Below, one piece after another: positions 62,691 through 64,000 of a stretch of DNA of 64,000 nucleotides (position 1 is its first letter; each line of letters begins with the position of its first letter). The DNA comes from Isurus oxyrinchus (taxonomy: Eukaryota): positions 5,580,001 to 5,644,000 of the forward strand of contig JANJGN010000026.1 in assembly GCA_026770705.1 (NCBI GenBank). The letters are read 5' to 3'. Below the pieces are notes generated by a model. It saw only the letters and a program-made list of their open reading frames with translations, was not told the DNA's origin and ran no database searches. The translations under genes were made by a program, and so were the position numbers.

Positions 62691-62904
62691 GGTCCCCTTC
62701 CTCCCCTCCCCTGGAAAAGGCTTATCTCCCGCTTTAAAACTGGGGGCGGAAATGAGAACTGATTGTTTTGTAAAACCTGTGAAGACTTCAAAGGAATCAG
62801 TGAATGGAATTCAACCCCCTGCCCCCAACCTCCGACTGCCCAATTCACCATCTGGCCTTCAACAAAGGAAAAATAATAATACATAAATAATCTAAAAATA
62901 ACTG

Positions 62905-64000
62905 CGCTCAGTCTGTCCGGAATGAATTGGACTACAGGGTCAGTTCATTAGGGACAGAACTGGGCTCACTCTGTGGGGAATCAATTGGAGTTCAGGGTCA
63001 GTCCATTTGGGACAGGGCTGGGCTCAAAATTTGAGGAATCATTTGGAGTTCAGTGTCTGTCCATTAGGGACAGGGCTGGACCAAGTCTGTCAGGAACTGA
63101 TTGGAGTTCAGGGTCAGTAATTTAGGGACAGGGCTTTGCTCCGTCTGTGAGGAATCGACTGGAGTTCAGGTACAGTTCCTTAGGGACAGGACTTGGATCC
63201 GTCCGTGGGGAATCAATTGGAGTTCACGGTGAGTTCATTTGGGGCTGGGCTGGTTTCAGTCTGTGGGGAATCAATAGGAGCTCAGGGTCAGGCCATTAGG
63301 TTCAGGAATTGGCTCCGTCTGCGGGAATGAATTGGAGCTCAGTATGAGTCCATTTGGGACAGGGCTGGCCTCAATTTTTGAGGAATCATTTGGAGTTCAG
63401 GGTCTGTCCATTAGGGACAGGGCTGGACCAAGTCTGTCCGGAACTGATTGGAGTTCAGGGTCAGTCCATTAGGGACAGGACTGGCTTCAGTTTGTGGGAA
63501 TTCAAGTGGAGTACCGTGTCAGTCCATTACGGATAGGGCTGGACTCGTTCAGTTCGGAATTGATTGGAATTCAGGGTGATTCCATTAGGGACAGGACTGG
63601 CCTCAGTCTGTGAGGAATGAATTAGAGTTCAGAATCAATCCATTAGGGATATGACTGGGCTCATTCTGTTGTGAATCGATTGGAGTTCAGGGTGAGTCCA
63701 TTATGGACAGGACTGTGATCAGTCTGTTAGGACTCATTCGGAGTTCAGGGTCAGTACTTTAGGGACAGGAATGGGCTCAGACTTTGGGTAATATATTGGA
63801 GTTGAGGCTCAGTCTGTGAGGAATAAACTGGAGTTCAGGGTCAGTCCATTAGGACCAGGATTGGGCTCTCTCTGTGAGGAACTGATTGGAGTTTATGGTC
63901 AGTCCATGAGGGATAGGGTTGGGCTCAGACCGTGGGGAATCAATTGGACTTCTCTTTGAGATCATCAGGGACTGGGCTGGGTTCAGTCTGTGGGGAATCA
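62905..64000. repeat. Second block of the 58-bp satellite, same orientation, runs off the window
   Basis: Same consensus as 28260-45111. Confidence 0.96.

Overview
Repeat-rich eukaryotic genomic DNA, most likely from a cartilaginous fish (inferred from the repeat families and both genes). Two genes are recognisable and both look like pseudogenes. (1) On the minus strand at 4039-4567 is an Ig-light-chain-like leader exon plus a single exon with V and J already joined in the germline. It has a light-chain-orientation decamer promoter, a stop in CDR1 and a 1-nt frameshift; no C exon is visible in the window. (2) On the plus strand at 51697-54477 is a two-exon GPR139/142-like GPCR with one in-frame TGA. 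The rest is a ~17 kb 58-bp satellite with higher-order structure (a second block runs off the right end), several minisatellites, CR1- and L2/CR1-type LINE remnants, SINE and tRNA-Glu relics, and two N gaps. A family of ~100-250 bp Penelope-type elements carries a minimal hammerhead-ribozyme motif, often forms palindromes and has 11-14 bp target-site duplications; one copy has an empty paralogous site inside the window. Most ORFs in the track are artefacts of repeats. All coordinates were counted by eye and no database search was run.
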